From a virus (Duplodnaviria > Caudoviricetes): 31,327 bases of DNA. Made by a program: the position numbers and the translations under genes. The stretch lies in IMG/VR virus record IMGVR_UViG_3300044513_002180, positions 1 through 31,327 of that record. One strand, written 5' to 3'. Positions 20,101-27,792 of the stretch are shown here, one piece after another. How positions within the stretch are numbered: position 1 is the first letter of the stretch; every line of letters begins with the position of its first letter. Below the pieces are notes generated by a model. The model searched no databases. It saw only the letters and a program-made list of their open reading frames with translations, and was not told the DNA's origin.

Positions 20101-22197
20101 TCAGTTGTTGTTAAAGGTGTTGGATTGGGGGCTGCTGGTGCTGTCATCGAATCTGTTATTGAAATCGACACGCCTGCTGTAAGAATGGGTGTTGCCATTG
20201 ATGATCAAGGCGTAACAGAATCAACAACTCCAACTAGATTTAACTTCAAGCATCCAGTATACCTTCAGAACAATACTGAGTATGCTCTTGCTATTGAGAC
20301 AGATTCTATTGAGTATGAAATTTGGGCATCTAAGTTGGGAGAGATCGAAATCTCTACTAGTAATGTTGTAACCACACAACCTCTACTTGGATCTGTTTAC
20401 AAGTCTCAGAACACTGATAACTGGACCGAGGACTTGTTTGAAGATATCAAGTTCACTCTATATCGTGCCGAGTTTACTACAGGAACTGAAGGTGAAATTG
20501 AAGTTACTAATGAAAATCTTGGTTATGAAAAACTAGCAGTTTCTCCTTTTGAGACTAGTGTAAGATCTGCTACAAATGCTACTTCTACGCTATTCAAAAA
20601 TAACAATTCTATTGTAAAGGTCTATCATAGAGACAATGGTTTCGAAACTACTGGCAAGTCTTATGTATTCTTCAAGAATGCTGAAGATGTTGGCGGTGTT
20701 TCTGGTGTTACTCTGAACCAAAGACTCTTTAAGGTTTCTAATTCTGGCATTGATTTCTACAACATTACAAGTCCAAATGGTGCTGGTTCTAGCATCATTG
20801 GTGGAGGCAAGTCAGTTCTATCTTCTTACAATAGAAAGTTTGAGCGTCTCTATGCTCAAGTTCCTTATCTCCAATTTGATGGAACTAAGATCGATTCTTT
20901 TGTATCAACAACTGATGTGGTTCCTGTTGATTCTCAAACTAAGAACTATGTCTCTTACACCGTATCTGATTATGAAAAGACTTTCTTGGGCGAAGAGCAC
21001 TTCTTCACAAACCAAAAATTAATTGCTTCTAGGATTAATCAGACAATGAATGGTTTAGCACATTCATTGAAGTATAAGTTCAGATTATCCACAGAAAATT
21101 CTGCTCTATCTCCTGTCATCGATCTTCGTACTGCCACAGTGAAGACAGCATCTAATAGAGTAGAAAATGCTACTGGATATGAGGATAGATATGGTAAGAG
21201 AGATCAGATTCTAACCTTCCTCCCACTCTACACATTATCTGTTGCTGTTACAGGAACTAATGCAGGTGAGGTTGGTGTTAATAAAACACTAATTGGACAG
21301 ACTTCTAAGGCGGAAGGATTTATTACAGAATACGATAGTGGAGATGCCACGATCAGACTAAGAACTACAACACCTTTCCAACAGGGCGAATCTCTTACTC
21401 TCATCGACGAAGAAGGTGTTGAAATTAGTGGAGTTGGTATTACGATTACCACGATCTCTGTTATTGATTTTAACTTTAGTGTTGGATCTAATGTGATTGC
21501 TTATTCACCACAAGATTCTGATGTTAGCTATGCCAACAAAATTAATGGTAAAGTAATTCTTTGGGATGCTGAAGACAAGATTTTGATTATCGAGAACTCG
21601 TATCTTCCTATTAATGGTAACTACACTGCTTCAACTTCAACAGCAGAGGCATACACTAGAAACCAAGATGATACTGCCCAGCAACCAGATATCTTTAGAA
21701 CTGGCGATGTAGTTCTTTCAACAGGAGATGATAATCCAATATTCATCGAAGTTAATAATGTAACATATACTACAGGAGTTGACTATGTTGAAGAAACAGA
21801 TGCTGTAAATAGTTCTTCAGTTGCTAAGTATGTAACAAAGGAAGTATTCATCGATAATGCTGGATCTGCTATTGATGTTAGATCTACAATGAATCTAACT
21901 GATATTGAGAATGTTAGGATTTACTATAAGATTAGAGAGTCTTCTAGCTCAGCAAACTTTGATGATATTAATTGGGTTCCATTTAATGTTGATGGTAACC
22001 CTGATGTTGATAATCTTGCTACCCCAACAAACTCAATTTCGGGTCAGTTTGAAAGACAGCAAGATTATCAGGAGTTGACATACAGTGCTTCCAATCTTCC
22101 CGAGTTTACATCATTTGCTATTAAAGTTATTATGAAGACTGATAATCCTTCATACGTACCTAAGATTCAAGATCTACGAGCTGTTGCTTCATACTGA
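14122..22197 (+). CDS. vrlC: VrlC-like / DUF4815-type large virion structural protein (2691 aa)
   Basis: N-terminus TNLNVAPYYDDYD..KNFYKVLFRPG..IQTRELT.LQSILQNQI. Internal motifs APGAHRL, LARRTYDESGDY, RYTMKDIGKLEKRIERLEYY and DRFKSGFLVDNF. C-terminus VPKIQDLRAVA. This is the usual position after gp8 in cyanomyoviruses. Confidence 0.85.
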   Translation: MPQKTNLNVAPYYDDYDAGKNFYKVLFRPGYSIQTRELTSLQSILQNQIESFGKFNFKQGQQVIPGEVGLNTKLDYVKLSSVSEVAVNEGGQIVYKKYDIKQLVGTQLQGLNSGVVGRVLAAEYGSDIEADTLFVKYTTSGSASNETTFRQGETLEVIAGINTPLLVVGTDGSVLPTSINVEDPVSGNIETLSSRAMGFATAVDVQEGVYFVNGFFVRNEKQLLVINKYYNKASAKVGFTISEDIVTPEEDVSLADNARGFSNQSAPGAHRLSINLNLTKFDYTANTDKNFIQLVQIKNGSVEKQVKAADYTLLEETLARRTYDESGDYVVEDFDYDVREYYQRTGNNGVYALNSETGLVNKKYSATEAEGKMVLSVSSGKAYVKGYEIINKESKTLEVNKGRDTLSRDNVTIKSKGLPELSVTNVFGSIPLNTVGDEITGYPTVTLNSTFNDGTIGFSGLEPDGYFRDTTDRRSEVFTLNQGIKTIYVAVINEQPVQTSQLPDEVWFVTTRGTGTIAGKSAKVIGKAIVNRPEVNTASNAVYAELTILGDKGVLDNFLTEYDTGETDYRRFIYLSQTLLETSSDPYGFVVDYNEVVSPIVGVSKPKNFRLINRGVGFNPDSDIIISRGRTGSSTPYNATFGFSYFNPVFFTRLKLERKIIAGTFENGKYVYGKESKAYGVIENDSTANFSGVSTLFVTTLSGQFISGETIIDEENNAIKIAKENTISHFIVNKRGSNYNDSSSVIINGTIFDQSKIGVTLYGGAVVQTLVENRSALQQTYATPPTITFTGDDSNTDKAVVTPVLFKDTVLTFNPQNVKSVSSTFNNYTFTADVDFSSTSYATYTQISDFTFFGYRGRKYIECNGFGADLSGELVQGDIIQFTDANNNVIKNVVQYVTLPENTEKSRIYFDYALPGDVNNATIVRLRPRLGNTAATLVYPTGSKQVASLVSDSADTKFKYHVRKDFITDLSASGGNLTFTAQLPVGTQKFVGFTENSFLVTVLNKGSSTVIENGDIVYIDPRYIEVEDSVITASSVTAGALRIKNLPSNYFGVITDGNYPKLKLTATVEIDKARPRLKSAIRNKRVVVISSGDRVIPIRGQDYDSDVIETFSYSDVFKLKYVYEGTTTNPPVVDTAGNLISGTDVTYKYKFDDGQRDTYYDVSRIVLKPGFDAPTGQLVVAFDFFEHSQGDFCTVDSYLHEAGVLPEEIPLFNSSVNGVISLRDSIDFRPKVDGNTTITGFQDQSIVELFDTTDYITFLGTGGIPTATPAPDQNLPYTVSFSEKQYLDRIDGLFLTKKGEFIIKEGNASLNPSKPEPVDDAVSLCYLHIPAFTNSSKDVRIIPVDNKRYTMKDIGKLEKRIERLEYYTTLSILEQQALNMQVKDEIGLDRFKSGFLVDNFEAHRTGNLKSGDYRCAIDTQQSVLRPQSKEDSFALKEINTRDDQRVVSGYVINDGVVTLPFENVELLGNKNATKTINPNPFVVIQYVGEGVITPQQDSWYDQGVAPLVVDSNTKLNSIFLAKDNVADAYSSIYNSFIVNWCGTDSGLLPIESLAGINTEDIESTVQSASIGSSSNVSPQNNEVGKGVATKSVGGKKIASSLQFFARSIPVKFVMSRLKPTTKVYVYMEGRNIDRWVVPDSRFSGKAGNSLSTFGAPLITDSNGNLSGIILIPSGLPPVSNTRWTGNVDTVNYDETGEEIRFAVGTKTIRFTSSSNDSDKAEVDTYAEVKFYASGATPSNPPSITSTATSFFKANEGVQLVDSNTDNPVKPNPLAQTFKVENFDAGVMVTGVDLFFNKKSETIPIRAYLTDVAAGKPGKNIIPGTQVSLTPETYLRVYVTGESETVTVNLDEYVTGKTSNASGPIAKVFDSNLVRVGDDTSTSFQLNKEQVYTLVLSNHNGTSFLANESLTIPSVTSYNARNNTTLGVFIARDSGKVTDLKVSNVGDNYESASIVIESPQLPGGSSATGSISVSDGKVYNCEVSLSGRGYTEPPSVVVKGVGLGAAGAVIESVIEIDTPAVRMGVAIDDQGVTESTTPTRFNFKHPVYLQNNTEYALAIETDSIEYEIWASKLGEIEISTSNVVTTQPLLGSVYKSQNTDNWTEDLFEDIKFTLYRAEFTTGTEGEIEVTNENLGYEKLAVSPFETSVRSATNATSTLFKNNNSIVKVYHRDNGFETTGKSYVFFKNAEDVGGVSGVTLNQRLFKVSNSGIDFYNITSPNGAGSSIIGGGKSVLSSYNRKFERLYAQVPYLQFDGTKIDSFVSTTDVVPVDSQTKNYVSYTVSDYEKTFLGEEHFFTNQKLIASRINQTMNGLAHSLKYKFRLSTENSALSPVIDLRTATVKTASNRVENATGYEDRYGKRDQILTFLPLYTLSVAVTGTNAGEVGVNKTLIGQTSKAEGFITEYDSGDATIRLRTTTPFQQGESLTLIDEEGVEISGVGITITTISVIDFNFSVGSNVIAYSPQDSDVSYANKINGKVILWDAEDKILIIENSYLPINGNYTASTSTAEAYTRNQDDTAQQPDIFRTGDVVLSTGDDNPIFIEVNNVTYTTGVDYVEETDAVNSSSVAKYVTKEVFIDNAGSAIDVRSTMNLTDIENVRIYYKIRESSSSANFDDINWVPFNVDGNPDVDNLATPTNSISGQFERQQDYQELTYSASNLPEFTSFAIKVIMKTDNPSYVPKIQDLRAVASY

Positions 22198-22397
22198 TGA
22201 GATATCTAAAAGTCGAAGGTCACGAAAATCTTTATCGTGACATGAATACGGGAGCGATTGTCAACACTGACAAACCCTCCCCCAAGAACTTTTCTCGTAC
22301 ATTCAACAATGCGCTAGAAGACATAAATACTTTGAAGGAAGAACTATCTGAAATCAAACTACTTCTTAGAGAGATCGTAAGAAATGCCAGCAATTAA
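22197..22397 (+). CDS. Small protein with C-terminal coiled coil (66 aa)
   Basis: TGATG stop/start overlap with the upstream gene. N-terminus YLKVEGHENLYRD..TGAIVN and heptad-like LEDINTLKEELSEIKLLLREIV. Confidence 0.82.
   Translation: MRYLKVEGHENLYRDMNTGAIVNTDKPSPKNFSRTFNNALEDINTLKEELSEIKLLLREIVRNASN
22322..22329 (+). promoter_or_regulatory. Putative internal late promoter for the fibre gene
   Basis: CATAAATA inside the 66-aa ORF, about 55 nt upstream of the ATG at 22384. Confidence 0.55.
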
Positions 22398-25300
22398 CGT
22401 CGCCAGAACAGATACCTTTGAAACTCAAAGGCGAAAAATTAATGAAATTGGAGCGAACCTATTTCAGATTTCTCAAGGTGGTAGCGATCTGTCAACAGGT
22501 AATTTGAAATTAGGTGATGGTACACGACAATCACCTTCCCTTTCTTTTATTAACGAATCATCTTTAGGTATTTTTAGACCAGATATTGGTAAAATTGGTT
22601 TTGTATCCGCCGAAAAAAATCTGTTTGATATTACAACAACAGGTCAAATTAACTATAAAAATCTAACGGTACAGAAAAGAGTTATTACCACATCGGATCT
22701 AGAAATTTCTTCCCCTGGTGCTGGATATGGACCTGGAAACTACCAAGATATTGCTGTACTTGGTGGAACTGGCGATGGAGCAACTCTAGACATCGAAGTA
22801 ACAGAATTTGTTGGATCTATCACGAATAATGGCGAAGACTACATTGGTGATACTTATACAGGCGTAGCGTTAGTTGGCGGAAGTGGTACTGGAGCAAGAG
22901 CATCTGTAATTATTGAGTCTCTATCTGGCGAGGTTACCGACGAGGGAAGTGCATATAAACCAGGAATTTATCCCAGTGTTCCTTTGACAGGAGGTAGTGG
23001 AGATAATAACGCTACTGCTGATATTATTGTTAATGGCAATACTAACACCACAGGTAGTATTACATCGGGGGGATCTAATTACACCGATGATGTATATACC
23101 AGTGTACCTTTGATTAATGTACCAATATCAACATTTAATGTTACTGTTGTTTCAAATCCTGGATCACCCCCACCAGATAACATTTATCAAATTAACAGTT
23201 TAAACAATCCAACTCTTACCTTTGACAAGGGTAATACTTATAAATTTGATTTAAGTAGTTCTACATTATCTGGTCACCCATTTGGTTTGGGAGATGCCAC
23301 TGGTCTACAAATAGGTGCTGAATATTATACTCAAACAGTTGTTGGTGTTGCTGGGAATCCTGGAGCTGCTTTATATCTAACAATTTCTCCAGATGCTCCC
23401 ACAGAAACCTTACAATATTTCTGCCAGATTCACCCAAATATGGGTAATACAATTGACATTGTTGAAGGAACCTTGGGCAGTTCTGGCACTAATATCGCAG
23501 CAACTATTGAAATTAGCGGTGGGTCTGTTATTGCCGTATCAATTACTGACAGTGGGGTAGGATATAATGTTGGAGATGAACTTATTGTAAACAATGGAGA
23601 TGTTCAATCTAGTATATCTGGAGGTAATGGATTCTTATTTGAAATCACAGACATTTCTTTTGATGGGGTTGTTGCTGGAGTCACTATTTCAAACCAAGGA
23701 ACTAATTATTCGAATGGTGACGTTCTATCAGCAAGCGATTCGGATCTTGGTGGCGGCGGTGGTAGTGGATTCCAATTCACTGTTACATCAAATCCTGGAG
23801 TAGTAGATCAAGTTCAGTTTGACTTAAAAGGTACTGGATATCAAGCAGGTGATATTTTAACTTTGGGTGGTAATATAACTGGTAGAACTGGAACAACCAA
23901 TGGAGAACGCACTGGAGTAATTGCTACTTTACTAGGAACTACTTTTACTGTAGCAAACTCCGCTGGTATTGCTGAAGGTCAAACAGTAACATCATCTTTG
24001 TTCGAAACTGGTCAAGTAGCAGAAGGAACAACCGTTACTAATGTTTCTGGAAATACCATTACTATCAGTGAGACGCCAACTACTCCTGGTCAAGCAGATC
24101 TTTCATTTGCATCGGAAGGATCTAAATCTGTTGTATCAATGTCAAATATTTCTGGCATTGGTGTAGATTATATCGTGACTCAAACAGGTGGAACTGGTTC
24201 AATTCCTGCTGGAGTAACAGTAACTGCTATCAATGATTTAGATAATGAGATTACTTTATCAGAAGAGGCAACTTTAGCGGGAACTGTTACATTATCATTC
24301 TCCCCTCCATGGGGAATCCCTACAACTCCACTTGAATATACTATTAGTGCTGTCGGAGCTATAGATAACGTTGTTGTTAACAACGGCGGCAACGGATACA
24401 GTAAAGGTGATTCTATTTCTGTAGATCCTACAAACTTAGTACAACCAATTGAATTTATTGTAACCAACCAATCTTTTCAGAAGTTAACTTTTACAAATAC
24501 AATTTCAGCGGGATTTATTGTTGCTGGAAATACTTTAGTGTATGATGATGGTCTAATTTCTAACAGTGGAACTGTTATTTCTGTAGAGACATCTGGCGGA
24601 AACATTTCTTCGGTATTAGTAGAATCTCTTGGAGTATCATCTGAAGATGATATTACTAAGCAAGGCGACGCCACAACATTAACTATTGATACTGCTTCAG
24701 ATCAGAATAAATGGTATATTGATGGATCATTATCTCCAAATTTGACTCTTTATGTTGGTAGCACGTACAAATTTGATACTTCAGATTCTAGTAATGATGG
24801 ACATGGATTTGCTTTAAGTAAATTCGATGGAGGGTCCTATAATGTAGTTGAAAATATTTCAACAACTTTATCAGCTACTAGCACGATAATTTTAGTTGCT
24901 GATACTACTGGTATTTTACCAGGCATGGAAGTTCAAGCTTCTGGAGACGGAACTTTAGCACTGTCCACATTGGTGGAATCTGTAGATAGTGCTACTCAAA
25001 TAACTCTTTCGGATAATCCAACAGGATCTGGCGCGGCATCTCTAACGTTTAGAGGAACACAGTATACTGATGGTGTTACAAATCCTGGTGATGGATTAGT
25101 TATCAAAGTTACCGATGATACTCCTACGTTATATTATTATTGTACTTCTGGAGGATCTGATCATGCTGATGAGGGATCTGGAGCAGTAATTACCATTGAT
25201 CCAAACAATCCGATTTCATTTGGTTCTGGATTAGAAGTTATTCTAACAAATATTGCTGAGCAAGATGTAATTATTTTAGATGTTTTAGATGGAAAAGTAA

Positions 25301-27222
25301 TTACACAAAGTCTAGAAGCAGAAGATGGAGTTATTGAAGATCTTACTGTCAATACTTTACTTTCAACAAAAACTATCAACGTACAGCAAAAAGTTATATC
25401 CAGCGAAATTGAGTCTGCCAGTACTTTAGTATTAGACTCCCCAAGTCTTAGTATCGAAGGATCAGTAGCGGTTGGTAACAATCTACTAACTATTAATAAT
25501 ACCAACGGCAACTTGGTCACTCAAGGAAATGTTAGAGCAAACTCTGGAATAAACATTAATAATATCCTTACCATTAGTGATAATGAAATGGTCACTACAG
25601 GAACCAATGATATTGTGATGATTCCTGCTCTGAATCGAGTTGCTAAAGTAGATACTAGTACAGCTTTTGTCATTCCAACGGGCAACACTGGTCAACGTCC
25701 TATTTCTCCTATTGCTCAAGATGGTGCTATTAGATTCAACAGCGAGACAAATCAATATGAAGGTTATAGCGAAACTAATGCCCAGTGGTCTTCTTTGGGG
25801 GGTGTTAGGGACCTAGATGGTAATACTACTATTCTCGCTGAAGAGACTGTGGGTACTAATGACAACACCTTATGGTTCATTAATGATAACATCAATACCA
25901 TTAAAGTTTCTCCAAACTACTTAGAGTTTGTCAACGTAAAAAGAGTAAAATCTCCAAATATTAGCGCCCCTTCATATATTACCTGGGCTGCTCAAGCACC
26001 TGTTGCTTTAGGTGATTTTATTAAGCACGAGAATAATATCTACGAAGTAACAACAGTTAATAATCCTGGAGGCACTAACTTACTTGCTACCTCTGGATTG
26101 GAACCCACTCATAAAAGTGGTGATGCCACCAATGGTGATGTAATTTTAACTTGGTATATTTCTGCTGTTAGTGCTCTAACTTTTGAGGAGATTTCTGAAG
26201 TCAAAATTGATCCTAAAGGATTTACTTCTTTATCAATTAATAATCAGTTAAAACTGTCAAATAATATTATTTCATCTACCACCAGTGATATTCTCGTAAA
26301 ACCTGTCGGAAGTCAAAAAGTTAAAATTGATTGCCAATCGTCACTTGTACTTCCTGTTGGAGATAACAATTCTAAAGGTAATCCTGCTCAAGGTTCTGTT
26401 AGATATAACACGGATGATCAACAGTTTGAAGGATTTAATGGCGCTCAATGGGGTGGTCTTGGCGGTGTCAAAGATATTGATCAAGATACTTATATTGTTC
26501 CAGAAACATCTCCAAACTCAGATGAAGATATTTTATATTTTTATAATGCTAATAACAACACCATTCGACTGTCTACGACGGCATTAACATTAGACACGAT
26601 CGATACCTTTAATTCGGTCAGTGAAGTTATGAATCTTGATGCCGAAACATTAGGAATCAGTAATTTATCTTTAAATATCGACCACACAGTTGCTGACACT
26701 ACATTCATATATTCTACAAAAGATAAGATTGATATTGGTCTTTCATCTGGTCTCAACAATGATCATTTATTACGTCTAACAAACACAGGCGATATTATTT
26801 TTAACTTAGGATTTACAACAGGAACTCCAGATAACATTACTCTTTTAGATGACGACTTAACAAATCTTGATCTCAATCATTTTAGACTCAATACTTCTAG
26901 ACTTTCTTTAACTCGTCAGTCTGGTGCTTCTGGTAATGCTCTTTTATATAATTTATCCACAGAGTCTTCTGGTAAAGTTTTAGTTACGGCAGTCAATACT
27001 ACTACTGGTAACAAAGAAATTGTAGAATATAATGTAATTGATGATGGAACCAATCTTTTCTATACGGAAATTAATAATATTAAATCTGGAGCTGAGATTA
27101 TCTCAGCATCTTTTGATGTTGATGGTTTAAATAACGCCAGAATTACAGTTACTTTAGACCCTGCTTTGGGATTAAATGATAATGTTGAAATCACATTTGT
27201 AAAAACCATCACCAAGAGGTAA
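22384..27222 (+). CDS. Modular tail/baseplate fibre protein (1612 aa)
   Basis: N-terminus INVARTDTFETQRRKINEI is typical of cyanophage fibres. Contains Gly/Thr/Ser-rich GxGY...GGxGxGA repeats, two cupredoxin-like segments, a PTH-motif module and two P.G......G.IR.N.....EG....W..LGGV.D.D repeats. Confidence 0.8.
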   Translation: MPAINVARTDTFETQRRKINEIGANLFQISQGGSDLSTGNLKLGDGTRQSPSLSFINESSLGIFRPDIGKIGFVSAEKNLFDITTTGQINYKNLTVQKRVITTSDLEISSPGAGYGPGNYQDIAVLGGTGDGATLDIEVTEFVGSITNNGEDYIGDTYTGVALVGGSGTGARASVIIESLSGEVTDEGSAYKPGIYPSVPLTGGSGDNNATADIIVNGNTNTTGSITSGGSNYTDDVYTSVPLINVPISTFNVTVVSNPGSPPPDNIYQINSLNNPTLTFDKGNTYKFDLSSSTLSGHPFGLGDATGLQIGAEYYTQTVVGVAGNPGAALYLTISPDAPTETLQYFCQIHPNMGNTIDIVEGTLGSSGTNIAATIEISGGSVIAVSITDSGVGYNVGDELIVNNGDVQSSISGGNGFLFEITDISFDGVVAGVTISNQGTNYSNGDVLSASDSDLGGGGGSGFQFTVTSNPGVVDQVQFDLKGTGYQAGDILTLGGNITGRTGTTNGERTGVIATLLGTTFTVANSAGIAEGQTVTSSLFETGQVAEGTTVTNVSGNTITISETPTTPGQADLSFASEGSKSVVSMSNISGIGVDYIVTQTGGTGSIPAGVTVTAINDLDNEITLSEEATLAGTVTLSFSPPWGIPTTPLEYTISAVGAIDNVVVNNGGNGYSKGDSISVDPTNLVQPIEFIVTNQSFQKLTFTNTISAGFIVAGNTLVYDDGLISNSGTVISVETSGGNISSVLVESLGVSSEDDITKQGDATTLTIDTASDQNKWYIDGSLSPNLTLYVGSTYKFDTSDSSNDGHGFALSKFDGGSYNVVENISTTLSATSTIILVADTTGILPGMEVQASGDGTLALSTLVESVDSATQITLSDNPTGSGAASLTFRGTQYTDGVTNPGDGLVIKVTDDTPTLYYYCTSGGSDHADEGSGAVITIDPNNPISFGSGLEVILTNIAEQDVIILDVLDGKVITQSLEAEDGVIEDLTVNTLLSTKTINVQQKVISSEIESASTLVLDSPSLSIEGSVAVGNNLLTINNTNGNLVTQGNVRANSGININNILTISDNEMVTTGTNDIVMIPALNRVAKVDTSTAFVIPTGNTGQRPISPIAQDGAIRFNSETNQYEGYSETNAQWSSLGGVRDLDGNTTILAEETVGTNDNTLWFINDNINTIKVSPNYLEFVNVKRVKSPNISAPSYITWAAQAPVALGDFIKHENNIYEVTTVNNPGGTNLLATSGLEPTHKSGDATNGDVILTWYISAVSALTFEEISEVKIDPKGFTSLSINNQLKLSNNIISSTTSDILVKPVGSQKVKIDCQSSLVLPVGDNNSKGNPAQGSVRYNTDDQQFEGFNGAQWGGLGGVKDIDQDTYIVPETSPNSDEDILYFYNANNNTIRLSTTALTLDTIDTFNSVSEVMNLDAETLGISNLSLNIDHTVADTTFIYSTKDKIDIGLSSGLNNDHLLRLTNTGDIIFNLGFTTGTPDNITLLDDDLTNLDLNHFRLNTSRLSLTRQSGASGNALLYNLSTESSGKVLVTAVNTTTGNKEIVEYNVIDDGTNLFYTEINNIKSGAEIISASFDVDGLNNARITVTLDPALGLNDNVEITFVKTITKR

Positions 27223-27229
27223 ACAATAA

Positions 27230-27745
27230 ATGGCATCAAATTTAAAAGCCCTAGATTCTGTGGGGGGATTTTCTGTAGAAAATGTTACCCTAATCAATGA
27301 AACGAAAGATCTTGTTAATGTCAACTCTTTAGAAATTAAAAATCTTAATTTTAGTGATTCTTACGCTTCAACATATGTTCTTAGAGGAAACACAACGGAT
27401 GTACTATCTTTAGACGATACAGGAACTCAGATTTCTGTATCGTCTAGTAGTGTCAATTTTATTACAGCACATATCATTGGCGTCAATAATCTCGGAACTG
27501 GTCATTTATCAAAAAAAATTGAATCGGTGCTATTGGTTAGTAGCACTGGGTCTCCTAACGAACTTTCTAATTTAATTACCATCATTAAAGATACTGTTCC
27601 TTCGGGAGAAACATGGACAACTGAATTATTTGATACAGGAGCTTTAAACAGATTTAGCTACTCTGTAGCAAAGCAAGGCGGCACCCCAGGACAAACTATT
27701 AAGTGGGTTGCTTCCGTTCAAGTTGTTAGTATTGACTGGACTTGA
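27230..27745 (+). CDS. Small beta-rich virion structural protein (171 aa)
   Basis: GAGGT SD-like sequence upstream and only 7 nt after the fibre stop. Beta-strand-rich composition in a structural gene context. Confidence 0.75.
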   Translation: MASNLKALDSVGGFSVENVTLINETKDLVNVNSLEIKNLNFSDSYASTYVLRGNTTDVLSLDDTGTQISVSSSSVNFITAHIIGVNNLGTGHLSKKIESVLLVSSTGSPNELSNLITIIKDTVPSGETWTTELFDTGALNRFSYSVAKQGGTPGQTIKWVASVQVVSIDWT

Positions 27746-27746
27746 T

Positions 27747-27754
27747 GCTAAATA
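27747..27754 (+). promoter_or_regulatory. Late promoter variant (GCTAAATA)
   Basis: Immediately after the stop at 27745 and 38 nt before the ATG at 27793. Identical 8-mer to 14079-14086. Confidence 0.7.
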
Positions 27755-27792
27755 GATAAGAGAATAAAACCATCGGTTGACTGGGTAGTAAC

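Noticed and set aside
14122-22197. Reading the VrlC-like gene as a virulence factor or mobile island
   Set aside because: The name comes from the Dichelobacter vrl locus. In this context it is a phage structural gene.
2454-27222. Inteins, introns, homing endonucleases or DGR variable repeats in the giant ORFs
   Set aside because: I saw no intein splice motifs, no LAGLIDADG/HNH/GIY-YIG motifs, no frame breaks, no near-identical TR/VR pair and no reverse transcriptase.
27224-27232. CAATAAATG as a late promoter for the 171-aa gene
   Set aside because: It mismatches the final A and overlaps the start codon, so it could not produce a leader for this gene.
27768-27786. Possible hairpin before the giant ORF (AACC-ATC-GGTT)
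   Set aside because: Only about 4 bp, unlike the 17-bp stem at 14072.
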